Shown piece by piece: positions 18,591 to 29,758 of a stretch of 64,000 bases of DNA; the first letter of the stretch is position 1, and each line of letters starts with the position of its first letter. Below the pieces are notes generated by a model. It was not told where the DNA came from and searched no databases. It saw only the letters and a list, made by a program, of their open reading frames with translations. The translations under genes were made by a program, and so were the position numbers. The DNA is from an uncultured virus (IMG/VR IMGVR_UViG_3300012000_002192) (Duplodnaviria; Heunggongvirae; Uroviricota; Caudoviricetes), in IMG/VR virus record IMGVR_UViG_3300012000_002192, positions 1-64,000 of that record; one strand, 5' to 3'.

Positions 18591-19217
18591 ATGTCAAAGT
18601 CCGAAAATGAAAGAAATAGATTACAAGATGAATTCGAACAGATTCAGTCTGAGGGGACCGACTTTGATATTTCAAAACACCTTGCAAAACCGGAAGACCT
18701 TCCTAATTTAGGAGAAATCGAAATCTATGACTACGATTCTGACTTAACTACTTCTTCTCAACAATCAATGGGTGTTTTAGAGTCGTTAGTAGATCTTTAT
18801 CTAAGCGATATACCACAATTGAAAGACCATCCCTACATTAAAAACAAAATGAAAGAAGATGCTATGGTTTATGCCGAGGCAATATTTTTAACTAAAATGA
18901 CTAGAAAAAACTTCTTATCACAGCTTAGGCAAATAGACAACGGTGATAATTCAGCTAGAATGCACGAGGTAGTCAATCAAACTATTGGTCAAATACGAGA
19001 AAATGCTAAATTCCTTTCGGGTCAAAGAACTGATTTGGAAAAGTTTTATAAAACGCTAAGAAAGGATATGGGATATAACGAAATTGAAAATCCTGATATA
19101 AAAACAGATGATGTTGATGGTCAGTCGGTTAAAGATGGTGTGATAACAAGTAACAGGGATCTAAATGAGTTGATAAAAAAGGCTATGTTAAATAAAGACA
19201 GTGATAAACGGGGTTAG
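18591..19217 (+). CDS. Probable terminase small subunit (gp16-like)
   Basis: NSARMHEVVNQTIGQI resembles the gp16 SPRHMEVFATLMGQM helix; divergent from terL-N. Confidence 0.5.
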   Translation: MSKSENERNRLQDEFEQIQSEGTDFDISKHLAKPEDLPNLGEIEIYDYDSDLTTSSQQSMGVLESLVDLYLSDIPQLKDHPYIKNKMKEDAMVYAEAIFLTKMTRKNFLSQLRQIDNGDNSARMHEVVNQTIGQIRENAKFLSGQRTDLEKFYKTLRKDMGYNEIENPDIKTDDVDGQSVKDGVITSNRDLNELIKKAMLNKDSDKRG

Positions 19218-20062
19218 TCTCTCCACTTAAAACTCTCAAAAGATTTTACTAAATTATATAGGCTAATTTTTGTCTCAAACTTTACAAAGGGGTTACTTAA
19301 ATTGTAGGTTACAAAGTTTGAAAGTAATTTTATTTCTGAGTTATCAACTTTGGTCTTAATTTCATCTTTAATCGAATCAGTTGAATTATCATAAAGAATT
19401 TTTAGTAGATTATTTATACTTTTTGAAAAATCAATTGATTTGGAGTCGCTGTCATAATAGGTGATGTTTTTATACTGCTGAATTTGATTGTCTGTAAATT
19501 TATCATCATCGGTTTTGTATCCAACTAAGTGTTGTATCAAAAGTTTGTTCTTAGATTGCACTATTTTATCTTCATCTCTATTGAAAAAAGTTTCCGATAA
19601 GGCATAGTGTCCAAATAACTCTACACCAATTGATTCTAAGTAACTTTTCACCTTTTGTATAATTTTTTCGTAGTTTCTAAGTGTATTTTTTGAACAAAGT
19701 AGATAAATATGACCGGTGTAATTTTTACAATCGATTAGGTGCTCTTTGAAGATATGATATTCTAAACTATCAATTATTTCTGGGTCATTAAATTCTTTCA
19801 TTGAAAAAGCAAGTGCAGTTATATCAACCGAGTTTTTTTTACAAGCTGATTTTATTAGATTATAAGTCTCTTCGCTAATCCATTGATTCTTGCCTGATAT
19901 GTTAAGCTCTACACCTTTGGTTTTGAAAATTCCAGTTTGTATCAAATTAAATTCAGATTCGCTAAGTTTGATTAAAGGTCTATTGGGATATTTTTTTGAA
20001 ACAACCCAAACCTTGCTTTCTACTTTTATTATAGAATCAATATCAAAAAAAAGAGCATTCAT
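19214..20062 (-). CDS. Hypothetical protein, degenerate HAD-like
   Basis: LFFDIDSII, YYDSD; ends VKSFESFKWRD. Confidence 0.55.
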   Translation of the reverse strand: MNALFFDIDSIIKVESKVWVVSKKYPNRPLIKLSESEFNLIQTGIFKTKGVELNISGKNQWISEETYNLIKSACKKNSVDITALAFSMKEFNDPEIIDSLEYHIFKEHLIDCKNYTGHIYLLCSKNTLRNYEKIIQKVKSYLESIGVELFGHYALSETFFNRDEDKIVQSKNKLLIQHLVGYKTDDDKFTDNQIQQYKNITYYDSDSKSIDFSKSINNLLKILYDNSTDSIKDEIKTKVDNSEIKLLSNFVTYNLSNPFVKFETKISLYNLVKSFESFKWRD

Positions 20063-20298
20063 TGTCTATAGTTTGTAACTTTGTATTTAATTTGGTGATA
20101 TCTCATGTTTGGGTAATCTTTTGGGTATTCTCTATCAATCCATTCAACGCCACCACTCAATTCTGAGTTGAAACTATTACATTTTTTACACACCTGTGGC
20201 GGGACTTTTGATTCTCCTTCGTCGATCATGTCATTTTCTGTATAGAAAAACGTAGCTTTACACCAAGGATTTCTACAAACTGTTGATAAATTCTCCAT
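20059..20298 (-). CDS. Small zinc-ribbon protein
   Basis: CRNPWC...CKKC. Confidence 0.65.
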   Translation of the reverse strand: MENLSTVCRNPWCKATFFYTENDMIDEGESKVPPQVCKKCNSFNSELSGGVEWIDREYPKDYPNMRYHQIKYKVTNYRQ

Positions 20299-20331
20299 AA
20301 TTTAATATATATTAATTAAATTTCTAGAGTA

Positions 20332-20781
20332 TTAGTAAATAATTTCTTTACTTAATGCCCAATCATATAGAATTGGTAAATTAGTATATTGAGTAAATCC
20401 TTCTTTGATATCGGATAGTTTTTTAGAATTTCTGATAATTTTTAATATTAAAAGACCAAACTCCTGTTGAAAATCCAAATGGCACTCGCACCACGGAATT
20501 TTATAATTGTTCATAGTTTTCCACTCTGTTGGACCACCGGTGAGCCAGTATAGCGTCTTAGCTGGTATGATATCACTGTTTCGGTTTTGTATCTCTAAAT
20601 CCCAGATTTTTTGGTCTGATTCTCCATAAAACATTAAAATCGCAACGCCTTCACCTAAGTCATTTGTTATTTCTGAACCAATTTCAAAGACATAACCATC
20701 TGTTGTTTGGTTAATAGTGGTTTTTGTATTTTGATAGAGAATCGTGTGACATTCATCGGTCAATAATTTTTTTCGTTTCAT
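20332..20781 (-). CDS. Hypothetical protein
   Basis: 149-aa ORF in a minus-strand run. Confidence 0.65.
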   Translation of the reverse strand: MKRKKLLTDECHTILYQNTKTTINQTTDGYVFEIGSEITNDLGEGVAILMFYGESDQKIWDLEIQNRNSDIIPAKTLYWLTGGPTEWKTMNNYKIPWCECHLDFQQEFGLLILKIIRNSKKLSDIKEGFTQYTNLPILYDWALSKEIIY

Positions 20782-20821
20782 AGTGAATAAATTATTTTTT
20801 GGACCGTTGATTGGGTTATGT

Positions 20822-21136
20822 TTATTTTCTTTTTAACGTAAATACGTTTTTTGATATTTCAATTTTCTGATAAATATCATCATCGAATAAACCATCACCC
20901 CAGATACCATTTATCCAGTTACCCCTAAAGTCACCGTTTAAGAAAATACCGAAGTTCCAATCGCCGGTTAAGTATAGTCCAGAATGCCAGATAACTGTAT
21001 TCTTTTCAATCTCAATACATGCTCCTTCACATTCTGAATCAATAAGCCAATAAAGTTCTAGTTTTCTGAGTACGTCTAAAATATCTTTTTTTGATTTTAG
21101 TGCCTTTTTATTAAAGACCAGTTCTGAAATACCCAT
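20822..21136 (-). CDS. Hypothetical protein with W/F-x-x-G pentapeptide repeats
   Basis: WHSGLYLTGDWNFGIFLNGDFRGNWINGIWGDGLF. Confidence 0.6.
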   Translation of the reverse strand: MGISELVFNKKALKSKKDILDVLRKLELYWLIDSECEGACIEIEKNTVIWHSGLYLTGDWNFGIFLNGDFRGNWINGIWGDGLFDDDIYQKIEISKNVFTLKRK

Positions 21137-21300
21137 TACATAGTAATAATTTTATACGATATATATACAAAAAAAATTCATTAAAAAAAACAAACTTTGG
21201 ATTTTTCTTAAATTTTTTAGAAATTGGTATTAATTTTTTTTTATTTAAAATTCAACTATATTTTTTTTAATATATAAAAAAAATTTTATAATATTTTACC

Positions 21301-24012
21301 ATGAAATACCTTAAAAAAAGAGATGACTATCTACAAAATTTACACGAAAGAAGACAATTTGAATCTTATAAAAAAACGCAACATTTAAACGAGGCATTTA
21401 AAAATGAAATTACTTGGGGTGATTCACTTTTGGGTAAATTAGTTAATTGGGTAGTTAGAAAGATTGGCATTGGGGCAAAAATGACAAAAATGACTTTTGT
21501 TATAAATTCACTTAAAGAACAATTTGATAATTTGATAGGTGAAGGATCGTATTATGATTTGCCTGAAAAACAGAAAACTCAGATTAGTGACATTCAAATT
21601 TCCGAGGTTTTAAAAAGTTTAGCAAATGCGGTTGAAGACGGTGAAAAAGTCGATGTATTAAAACAGATGACCGCCGACACTACCTCTCAGATAGAGAGTC
21701 TGAGCGTGGAAAAAGAGTCAGAGGAAAAAAAGAAAGAGATAATCGAAAAACTAAAGAAGTTTTTAGAATTTCTTAATCAATTCAAAGATTCAGATGGTGA
21801 AAAAGGTGATTCAAAAGAAGGTGATTCAGAAAAATCACTTAGTTCATATTATCCGCTTATGATAAAGAATTTAAGCTCACTTTCTCTAGTCTTATTGAAC
21901 TACAAAAAAGTCAAAATTTCTAATGTACCAAGTCAATTGTCTTCTCAACAAGCAATCGCGCATGAATTAAAGGGTGGTGAGACAATAGAAAAACTTCAAT
22001 TGGATAAGCAGGTAAATAAATTTGGTCTTACATTGGATGAGATTATAAAATCAAACCAACAAGCACTACAACCCTTTATTACTAAGGCTGCGCAGACAAA
22101 AATTCCGATATCAAAGATGACCTTACCTAAGGGTCTTAAACTTAATTTTGGGAAACCAAAAAAAGAAAGTTTTATTTTTGAATCAGAGAGAAATCAGACA
22201 AGTTCCGGTGAATCCCATGCGAATCAGGCTTTTGCTAAGCTAAGAACATCAATTCAAATTCTTGAAAATCCAAAAGAAAAAGGAATAGCGGTGACCAATA
22301 CCTTCTTAAATGAAATTTTGTCTAAAAAAAATGATGACGAATCAAAAAAAGTGATAAAGAGTCTTTACAAAGAAATTCTAAGATATTTAGTTGGTGATAA
22401 AAAGGCAACACTAAACGCGCCAACAGATCCCTTATATAAAGAAAGTATCGAAATCATATCAGACAAAAATAAGAAGATTGTAGTTGCTGAAAAAATAGCA
22501 AGATTTTGTAGAAGAGCTCTGCAATTTGATGGTAAAGGTCTTTATGGTAGCTATGGAGACTTGTCTACACCTCTTAAAGATTTTGTTGAAAGTCTTAAAA
22601 TGCTAATGAAAGTTGAACCATCACAACTTAATCCGGAAAAGAAACAGGAATCAATTTTATTTAAATACGACAGATTTGTAAAACTAATAAAAGAGGCAGA
22701 TGGGAATGAAGAGGGTGGAGAATCTGTTTCTGAAAAAATAAAAACATATTTCAAAGAAAATTTAGAGATAGATGACTATTTAGTCGCAGAGGAAGAAGCA
22801 AAGAAAATCGAGACGCAAGTCCAGGAAAATGTTAAAGACCCTAAATTCTTAGTTATTAGAGGAATGAATCCAATAATTGAAATAGTTAGAATATTCAACC
22901 GAGCTTATAAATTACACACAACATCAATTATACCAGTGGGGACCACTAAGGGGGAAGTAAAAGCATCAACTTGGTCAGAGTATACCGCATTTGGTTACAG
23001 CTCAGGGGAGCCTTCAGCAACCGAAGATGGTCCCTACCGACATAACAAAACTTTTAATATGTGGGAAGACGCGGTGATGGATGTTTTATCAAATACTAAA
23101 TATGCTCCGATATTTGCTGCTAAAACAAAGATAGAAGATGGTAGTGGAAATATAAAAGAAGGAGCCGGGGTGGCTCTTCGACAAATGATGCTTGACTTCC
23201 TTGACGGTGATGAACTTTATAAATCAGGTGGTAGTATGAGAGGTGAAGAAGGCGGTGTTCAAAAAAGAACCTTAAATAAATACTTTGGTGTCGTTGCCGA
23301 AGCTTTCTTTTCTGGAAATCAAGACGACACACCGTTATCATATACAGGCGCCGATGGTAAAACTGATTTAGAAGAAATTGGGCCAGTGGCTGATAAGATA
23401 GAAACATCAAAATTAAAATTCCAATCCGCAAAAAATTTAGCAGATTCCTTCAAAGAAAAGAAGTTTAGAGGAACCATCTTTGCGGTAACTGGAAAAAACA
23501 ATGAGGGAAGGATTGAAATATTATACTTTTTTATACCAAGTGGACAGGCTTCAAACTACTTCCTTTATGTCTCAAAATCAATGTTTAACTTTCAGCGAAT
23601 ATTAAGACAATATGAACCTTCTGTGAAATTAGACAAAGGAGACTTGACATCAATGAATTTACTAGAAAAAACCGGCTCAGGTCCTTATCCAATTTTACAG
23701 ACTGTGATTTCTGCTGATAATTTAGTGAAGCTTACGGGAGGTCGGTTGAACAAAATAGAAATAAATTCAGTGTATCTACAAGAGGGCAAACCGCAAACAA
23801 ATATTATTTCATTAAAAGATATTAAAATACCAAGCTATTTAGTTAAAGAGGGTGAAAAGGCGGGTGAAATGTATCTTTTCAAAGCACTCGATAGTGATAA
23901 AAACACCCAGTCGGTGAAGGGTATAAAATCAATTTTGCCAAATATAACAACTTTAACAACAACTAAATTTGGCGAAAAACAAGACTTCATTCCTGTAATT
24001 AAATTATCATGA
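21301..24012 (+). CDS. Large putative internal virion protein with LysM-like insert
   Basis: 903 aa upstream of the sheath; tag-like N-terminus; domain shared with 62100..63740. Confidence 0.6.
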   Translation: MKYLKKRDDYLQNLHERRQFESYKKTQHLNEAFKNEITWGDSLLGKLVNWVVRKIGIGAKMTKMTFVINSLKEQFDNLIGEGSYYDLPEKQKTQISDIQISEVLKSLANAVEDGEKVDVLKQMTADTTSQIESLSVEKESEEKKKEIIEKLKKFLEFLNQFKDSDGEKGDSKEGDSEKSLSSYYPLMIKNLSSLSLVLLNYKKVKISNVPSQLSSQQAIAHELKGGETIEKLQLDKQVNKFGLTLDEIIKSNQQALQPFITKAAQTKIPISKMTLPKGLKLNFGKPKKESFIFESERNQTSSGESHANQAFAKLRTSIQILENPKEKGIAVTNTFLNEILSKKNDDESKKVIKSLYKEILRYLVGDKKATLNAPTDPLYKESIEIISDKNKKIVVAEKIARFCRRALQFDGKGLYGSYGDLSTPLKDFVESLKMLMKVEPSQLNPEKKQESILFKYDRFVKLIKEADGNEEGGESVSEKIKTYFKENLEIDDYLVAEEEAKKIETQVQENVKDPKFLVIRGMNPIIEIVRIFNRAYKLHTTSIIPVGTTKGEVKASTWSEYTAFGYSSGEPSATEDGPYRHNKTFNMWEDAVMDVLSNTKYAPIFAAKTKIEDGSGNIKEGAGVALRQMMLDFLDGDELYKSGGSMRGEEGGVQKRTLNKYFGVVAEAFFSGNQDDTPLSYTGADGKTDLEEIGPVADKIETSKLKFQSAKNLADSFKEKKFRGTIFAVTGKNNEGRIEILYFFIPSGQASNYFLYVSKSMFNFQRILRQYEPSVKLDKGDLTSMNLLEKTGSGPYPILQTVISADNLVKLTGGRLNKIEINSVYLQEGKPQTNIISLKDIKIPSYLVKEGEKAGEMYLFKALDSDKNTQSVKGIKSILPNITTLTTTKFGEKQDFIPVIKLS

Positions 24013-24557
24013 TAATTAAAAAGTTCAAACATTTTATTAAACAACTGCAATTGAACGAAGAGTTAGAACCAGAAACGACTGACCAAAAGATTGAAAAGGA
24101 AGAGAGTAGAGACGAACTAAAGGATTTAGAAAAACAATTATCAGACTACAATTCACTCAAATCTAAAATTGAACAGCTTTATAGTTCAACAAAAAACGAT
24201 GCAGAAATTTCACAAGAAATAGAAAAATTGATGCCTGAAAAAGAAGGTAGGAATAAATTTGCAGTTGATTGGATGAAAATTTGCCGATTAGAAAATGAAA
24301 TTAAAGAATTAATTAAAACGCGAGAAGATAAAAAGAACAAAAAATCTGAATTGTTGGATAGAAAAGAGCTTAATAAGAACGAACCAGTTTCATTAAAAAA
24401 TATTGAAACGCAATTGAAACAGAACTCTGATGACCAATCTACTATTACTGTAACACTTGCTGAAAAAGAAAAACAAATAAAACAAGTTTTAAAGGAACAT
24501 GATGAACTCATGAAAAAGGCCAAAGATGAATTAACTGAACTAAAAAAGAAAGTTTAG
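24009..24557 (+). CDS. Coiled-coil protein, putative virion component
   Basis: MIIKKFKHFIKQLQLNEE start, charged heptads. Confidence 0.65.
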   Translation: MIIKKFKHFIKQLQLNEELEPETTDQKIEKEESRDELKDLEKQLSDYNSLKSKIEQLYSSTKNDAEISQEIEKLMPEKEGRNKFAVDWMKICRLENEIKELIKTREDKKNKKSELLDRKELNKNEPVSLKNIETQLKQNSDDQSTITVTLAEKEKQIKQVLKEHDELMKKAKDELTELKKKV

Positions 24558-24594
24558 CCGACGTAAAATAGAAAAAAATTCATTTTTTGACTTT

Positions 24595-24602
24595 TATATA
24601 TA
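24595..24602 (+). promoter_or_regulatory. Putative late promoter TATATATA of the tail sheath gene
   Basis: 24 nt upstream of ATG 24627; recurrent motif. Confidence 0.55.
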
Positions 24603-24626
24603 CTTAAAAATAAAGTACAAATCATT

Positions 24627-27600
24627 ATGGCAATTCAAATTGGAAAATACAAAAGACCGGGAATCTTTATCGAAGAATTCGACAAGTCGGTTATCACAAG
24701 TCCAACTGTTCAGGGAATAACAAATTTAGTAATTGGTGTTTCCAAAAAGGGACCTGTCAATACTCCCATACGAATAACAAACTCAAACGAGCTTGAATCA
24801 ATATTCGGTCAACTAGATAGAGGCTTAGAAAGAAAAAAATCATTCTTTCACAGAACCATTAGCAAAATGCTGGAAACTTCCCCGGTTTTTGCAATGAACT
24901 TGTTATTAACAGATGATAATTTAGATAAGTTAGAATATCAATCACTTTCTTCATCTCCTGCGTATTCAAACGACATCGAAAGAGAAGGACCGTATAGAAG
25001 ATTTTTTGATACGACTGGTTTCTGGAAAAGAGACACAGAATCTTTCATTAACCTAACAAAAAATAATACAGGATACTCAGAAAGAGCATTTAGTATTACA
25101 AACTTGTCTGATAGATACGTATCTGTGTTTGTTTTCAAATCTACTGTTACTGGATTTGATAGAACATTGCTTGAATGGTATGGTTCAATCGAAAAACTAC
25201 CAACATATGTTAATGGGTTGGATTTTGCTTCTGATTATCTTGTTGATGTTTTGATTGTTGCTGGTGACTGGTCAAATTACCAAGAATTAGCAGTTGATCC
25301 AAGATGGGTGAACTGCTTTAGTGCTTCTGGTTTGAGAAAGGATCAAGTTAGAAATTTTGCAAATGATAGAAATGTTACATCACTCGCTTTTTATGAGGGA
25401 TTATCTTTGATACCTTATTTTAGAGACTTAAATGGTAGAAACATTTTTATTGAAACTACAATCAATAGAGATACCGATAAGACAGGCGTGTTCTGTGCAT
25501 TTAATAATGAATTAATTGAAAAAGATTATCCTAACGGTTTAATCGACCTAATCGGAAACACAATATCAGATGGTGGTAAAAATGAAATCAACTTCCTTTC
25601 CTATAGAGAAACAATCACCGAAGACGTTCTAATTGAGTCTACACCATTAGATTTACCAGGAAATGTCACAGCGATGCTTGGAACTTACTCATTTAATAAC
25701 CAAACGGATCATGCATATAACTGGTCTGGTTCCTTGAGTGACAAACCACTAACTTCTGGTGTGGTAGAGAACACAGAAAGAACAGCATGGTTTGCTGAGA
25801 GTTCAGTTTATAATGTTTCTTTACATTCAGCCACTCCTAGTATCGTAACCGCTACGACTTCAATCAGTATTACTTATGACGTTAATCCTAATGGAGCTTA
25901 TGTGATTGTTGGAAATCAATACGTTCCAATCTCAGCGACAGCTACATTGACACTTAATTCAACTGACTATCCTTTCAATACTTCAATTGCAACTTATTCT
26001 GTGGCTTTTGTTGTTGATACAACCGGAGAAATCAAAACCGTCGCTACATACGCACCTGATGTTAATCCATCAGTGAATGCATCAGATACAGTGTTAGGTT
26101 ATTTAGACCTTGGCATAGCTTCTCAATCGTTTGTTGCGCCACAAAACTTTACAGTAGAAAACATTAGCGTTGACACAAACGGATTCAAAGATTATAGTTT
26201 TGGAACTAACTCAACAGATGATTATTACATCTATGAGGTGCTACCTGGATATGGAGATGAAATAGTTATTGAATTCCCTGGAACCAACGCAGTTGCTGAC
26301 ACCTCAAACTATGAGCAATATAGAAAAATAAAATTGTTCAATAGATTGGTTAATTTAATTGATAATTCAAATAAAAACCAAATGTCATTGGTTCTTAACC
26401 CTAATACTTATGAAAAGTATAGCTTTGAAAATATTACTATTTCAAATATTGTTCAAAGTTCACTTTTCAACAAATCTTTTAGACTCAAAACAGGATTAAC
26501 ATCGGCTCAGTTAAGTGATATTTTAGCTGGTTTCTTCTGTGTTTACACATCAGATAACGAAATCATCTTAGGAACTGATGGTGTTGAATCAAAATCAACT
26601 ATAGCTGATTTTAATTCAGTGGGTGTTTCTGGTAAGTATTCAACTCTACATCAAAAATTTGAAGATGGACTTGTAAACACTGGGGATTATTTCTTTAGTA
26701 ATAGAATGTTCTTACCATACTCTGGGGCTACTTACAGCGCGACTAACCTGTTAAACAACGGCGTAGACGTTTATTTTGTAGATGGAGAGGAAGCACCAAA
26801 TGGTGGATTAACACAAGCATATGCTGGTTACAACTATATAGTTTTCCGTTCTGATGTTGCAAACTGGGACAATGAAATTGACCTACAAACTTTTGAACAA
26901 CTTCAGTTTCCTGGATCTACTTTGAACAAAGGACCGTTCACTCTAATTGTAAATCCGGTAAACGATTTCAATGGTTATACGCCTCATCAGATCGCTACAT
27001 CGCTTGGATACGGAACCGGGTCTTATGCTTATACAGTTTCAGAAGAAGTGGTTTATGAAGAACTTAATGACCAGATGAGAATTAACGATTATTTGGTGAG
27101 ACACTATTTGAAAATGTATTTAGATGGTTCTAACAACCTATATACGGATTTTGTAGAGTCGGATCTAGAAACACCAAGCTATGTTGCACATAAAGCAAAT
27201 AATGATTTTTACATTAAATCAGAAAAATCTAATTATAAACAAACTATAGAATGTGAGCTACCTGCTGGTTATGTACAGGTTCCAAATAAAATTTTAGTCA
27301 ATAGTGCTAGATACACCGAAATTAAAGTTGGTGATTTCTTGGAAGCATATTACGACCCAACAACTTTAGCAGTTGGTCAGTATCCAAGAAAATTGACAAG
27401 AATTTTATCAAAAAGAAGATACTCAGGGGATCTTAGTTTAACTGAGATTACTTGTGACTCAAGAATTCTTACCAGATTTACAGGAGATGCTCTTCAGACA
27501 AATAGATTTGTAACAGTTGATCAATATGCTACAACACTTAAAACTATAGCCCTTAAAGGATTTAGAATAAGAACAGCCTCTATGCCGGATGGGACAGAAG

Positions 27601-28583
27601 AAAGGCAAACCGCTATTTTGAATACAATCTCTAAAGGAACTCCGCTATTTAAGGCTATAACAAATAAAGAAGCAATTGACTTCAGATACCTGATAGACTG
27701 CTTTGGTCTTGGTTTAACTGAATTTAGTAAACAACCACTAGTTGATATCTGTGGAACAAGACTTGATTGTTTTGGATTTATCAATATGCCTTCGGCTAGA
27801 GATTTTAGAAATTCTTCTTCACCAGCTTTCACTAATACTGAAGGTGTGTTGCAAATGGAATACGTTGCAAAAGGTGGTGACCCAGAAAGTAGTCCTGCAT
27901 TTTTCTACTCCTTTGCGAAGGGACCAGGGGTTACTTCTGTTGGATATTTCTTCCCTTATGTGTTAATTAATGATAACGGTAGACCACTGGAACACCCATC
28001 GGCTCCATTTGTTGCTACAACATATATGGCAAAACACATTTCAAATATAGGAAATGTTACACCTTGGACAATAGCTGCTGGTGTTACTAACGGTAGAATT
28101 ACCGGAATTAACTCACTTGAGTTAGATTTCACACTAGAAGATATTGAGTTCTTAAATCAAGCACAAATAAATCCTTTAGTGTTCAAAAGAAATAGAGGAT
28201 TTGTAATTGAGACTGAAAACACTGGTCAAACACTTGTAAAATCAGCATTATCTTACATCCACGTAAGAGAAGTGTTAATCGAGCTAGAAAGAGAATTATC
28301 AAGAATGTTGTTAGATTTCCAATGGAGATTCAACACACCTGATATCAGAGCAGAGATTAAGTTGAGAGCTGATACAATTTGTGAAACTTATGTTTCTAGA
28401 AATGGTCTTTACAACTACTTCAATAAAATGGATGAAGAGAATAACACCGCAGAGTTGATAGATAATCAAATCGGAGTTCTGGATACTTATGTCGAACCGA
28501 TTAAAGGTATGGGTATTATCGTAAATAACATAACAATCCTTAGAACAGGAGCTATCGAAGCAGGTGGATTCATCAACGGATAA
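24627..28583 (+). CDS. Contractile tail sheath protein (gp18-like), enlarged
   Basis: RPGIFIEEFDKS, G.SKKGPVNTP, C-terminal INPL...SALSYIHVRE...FN...DEENNT..ID. Confidence 0.92.
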   Translation: MAIQIGKYKRPGIFIEEFDKSVITSPTVQGITNLVIGVSKKGPVNTPIRITNSNELESIFGQLDRGLERKKSFFHRTISKMLETSPVFAMNLLLTDDNLDKLEYQSLSSSPAYSNDIEREGPYRRFFDTTGFWKRDTESFINLTKNNTGYSERAFSITNLSDRYVSVFVFKSTVTGFDRTLLEWYGSIEKLPTYVNGLDFASDYLVDVLIVAGDWSNYQELAVDPRWVNCFSASGLRKDQVRNFANDRNVTSLAFYEGLSLIPYFRDLNGRNIFIETTINRDTDKTGVFCAFNNELIEKDYPNGLIDLIGNTISDGGKNEINFLSYRETITEDVLIESTPLDLPGNVTAMLGTYSFNNQTDHAYNWSGSLSDKPLTSGVVENTERTAWFAESSVYNVSLHSATPSIVTATTSISITYDVNPNGAYVIVGNQYVPISATATLTLNSTDYPFNTSIATYSVAFVVDTTGEIKTVATYAPDVNPSVNASDTVLGYLDLGIASQSFVAPQNFTVENISVDTNGFKDYSFGTNSTDDYYIYEVLPGYGDEIVIEFPGTNAVADTSNYEQYRKIKLFNRLVNLIDNSNKNQMSLVLNPNTYEKYSFENITISNIVQSSLFNKSFRLKTGLTSAQLSDILAGFFCVYTSDNEIILGTDGVESKSTIADFNSVGVSGKYSTLHQKFEDGLVNTGDYFFSNRMFLPYSGATYSATNLLNNGVDVYFVDGEEAPNGGLTQAYAGYNYIVFRSDVANWDNEIDLQTFEQLQFPGSTLNKGPFTLIVNPVNDFNGYTPHQIATSLGYGTGSYAYTVSEEVVYEELNDQMRINDYLVRHYLKMYLDGSNNLYTDFVESDLETPSYVAHKANNDFYIKSEKSNYKQTIECELPAGYVQVPNKILVNSARYTEIKVGDFLEAYYDPTTLAVGQYPRKLTRILSKRRYSGDLSLTEITCDSRILTRFTGDALQTNRFVTVDQYATTLKTIALKGFRIRTASMPDGTEERQTAILNTISKGTPLFKAITNKEAIDFRYLIDCFGLGLTEFSKQPLVDICGTRLDCFGFINMPSARDFRNSSSPAFTNTEGVLQMEYVAKGGDPESSPAFFYSFAKGPGVTSVGYFFPYVLINDNGRPLEHPSAPFVATTYMAKHISNIGNVTPWTIAAGVTNGRITGINSLELDFTLEDIEFLNQAQINPLVFKRNRGFVIETENTGQTLVKSALSYIHVREVLIELERELSRMLLDFQWRFNTPDIRAEIKLRADTICETYVSRNGLYNYFNKMDEENNTAELIDNQIGVLDTYVEPIKGMGIIVNNITILRTGAIEAGGFING

Positions 28584-28601
28584 ATACTTAGTTAAAATAT
28601 T

Positions 28602-28627
28602 AAAACCCTCAATTTGAGGGTTTTTTT
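28602..28627 (+). terminator. Rho-independent terminator after the sheath gene
   Basis: aaaaccctca-att-tgagggttttttt. Confidence 0.85.
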
Positions 28628-28810
28628 ATGCAAGAATAATTAGCTGTGTCACCAGACCGTGATATGTGTGTGGTAAAAAAATTGATTTTTAATACACCTA
28701 ATCATCAAAAATAAAAAAACAATCAGATTTTGACTAAACTAACAATAATAAAATTATATAATAGAGAAGATAATATATCTTATATATAAAAAAATTAATT
28801 TATCAAAAAT

Positions 28811-29758
28811 ATGTCAAATAAAAAAAACGAAATGACCGAAGAAGAGTATCTAAAAAGACATCTTCAGGACTTAGACCACGCTAATAATGTGAAAAATGGA
28901 ATAGAAACAGATGATCTACCTTTTGTGGAACAAAACACGACTTCGAGAACTTCTGATTTACAATTTTTCAACATGGACATTAGAGAATTACCCTGTGGTA
29001 AATACTATCCAACCGGAACTTTATTTATGGTTAGACCGGCTCAAGTTAGAGAGATCCAAGCCTATTCAATGGTTGACGACACAAACTTTTACGACATCGT
29101 TGAAAAAATGAATGATATGTTACAAGCATGTGTCCGAGTAAAATATCCAGATGGAAAAATTGCTTCCTATCTCGAAATTAAAGATCAAGATAGATTATTT
29201 TTAATATTTCTTATCAGAGAGTTAACTTTTCAACAGGGAAATGCTCTAGCAGTTACTACTAAATGCTCTTGTGGTTCTGAAGTCAAAATCGAACTAACCC
29301 GAAAGAACTTTGTTTTTCACGAACAAGATGCTAAGTTAGAAAAATACTTCAGCCTATCATCTAGAACTTTTAATTTTAGCACTGTAAATGGAAAATATTT
29401 TGAATTGACACCACCTAATATTGGTCTTCAAAAAGCATTTACTGATTATATCGTTAAAGAAAATCAGGAGAAACGAACACCAAATCTTTCTTTTTTGAAA
29501 ATAATTCCTTTTATGTTAGCTGGTAGATCATCAATAACCTATGACGGAATTAAAGCTAAATTGCGGGAATTTGAAGAAATGGATGACATTTCTTTTCAAT
29601 TTTTGAACGCAGCGGTAAATAAAATGACAATCGGTATTTCACAAATAAAATCACTTTGCGAGTGTGGTCAGGAGGTCCGCACTGACATGCAATTTCCCGA
29701 CGGAGCCTCAGGTGTTTTCGTTATTTCAGATGCCTTTGACTCATTTATTAAAGAATAA
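28811..29758 (+). CDS. Baseplate hub/tail assembly protein, gp26-like
   Basis: LPCGKYYP...VRPAQVRE, DR.FL...IRE, CSCG and CECG. Confidence 0.65.
   Translation: MSNKKNEMTEEEYLKRHLQDLDHANNVKNGIETDDLPFVEQNTTSRTSDLQFFNMDIRELPCGKYYPTGTLFMVRPAQVREIQAYSMVDDTNFYDIVEKMNDMLQACVRVKYPDGKIASYLEIKDQDRLFLIFLIRELTFQQGNALAVTTKCSCGSEVKIELTRKNFVFHEQDAKLEKYFSLSSRTFNFSTVNGKYFELTPPNIGLQKAFTDYIVKENQEKRTPNLSFLKIIPFMLAGRSSITYDGIKAKLREFEEMDDISFQFLNAAVNKMTIGISQIKSLCECGQEVRTDMQFPDGASGVFVISDAFDSFIKE

Noticed and set aside
28628..28810. Possible tRNA or ncRNA in the gap after the sheath terminator
   Set aside because: No cloverleaf, T-loop or convincing stems seen by eye; a covariance-model search would be needed
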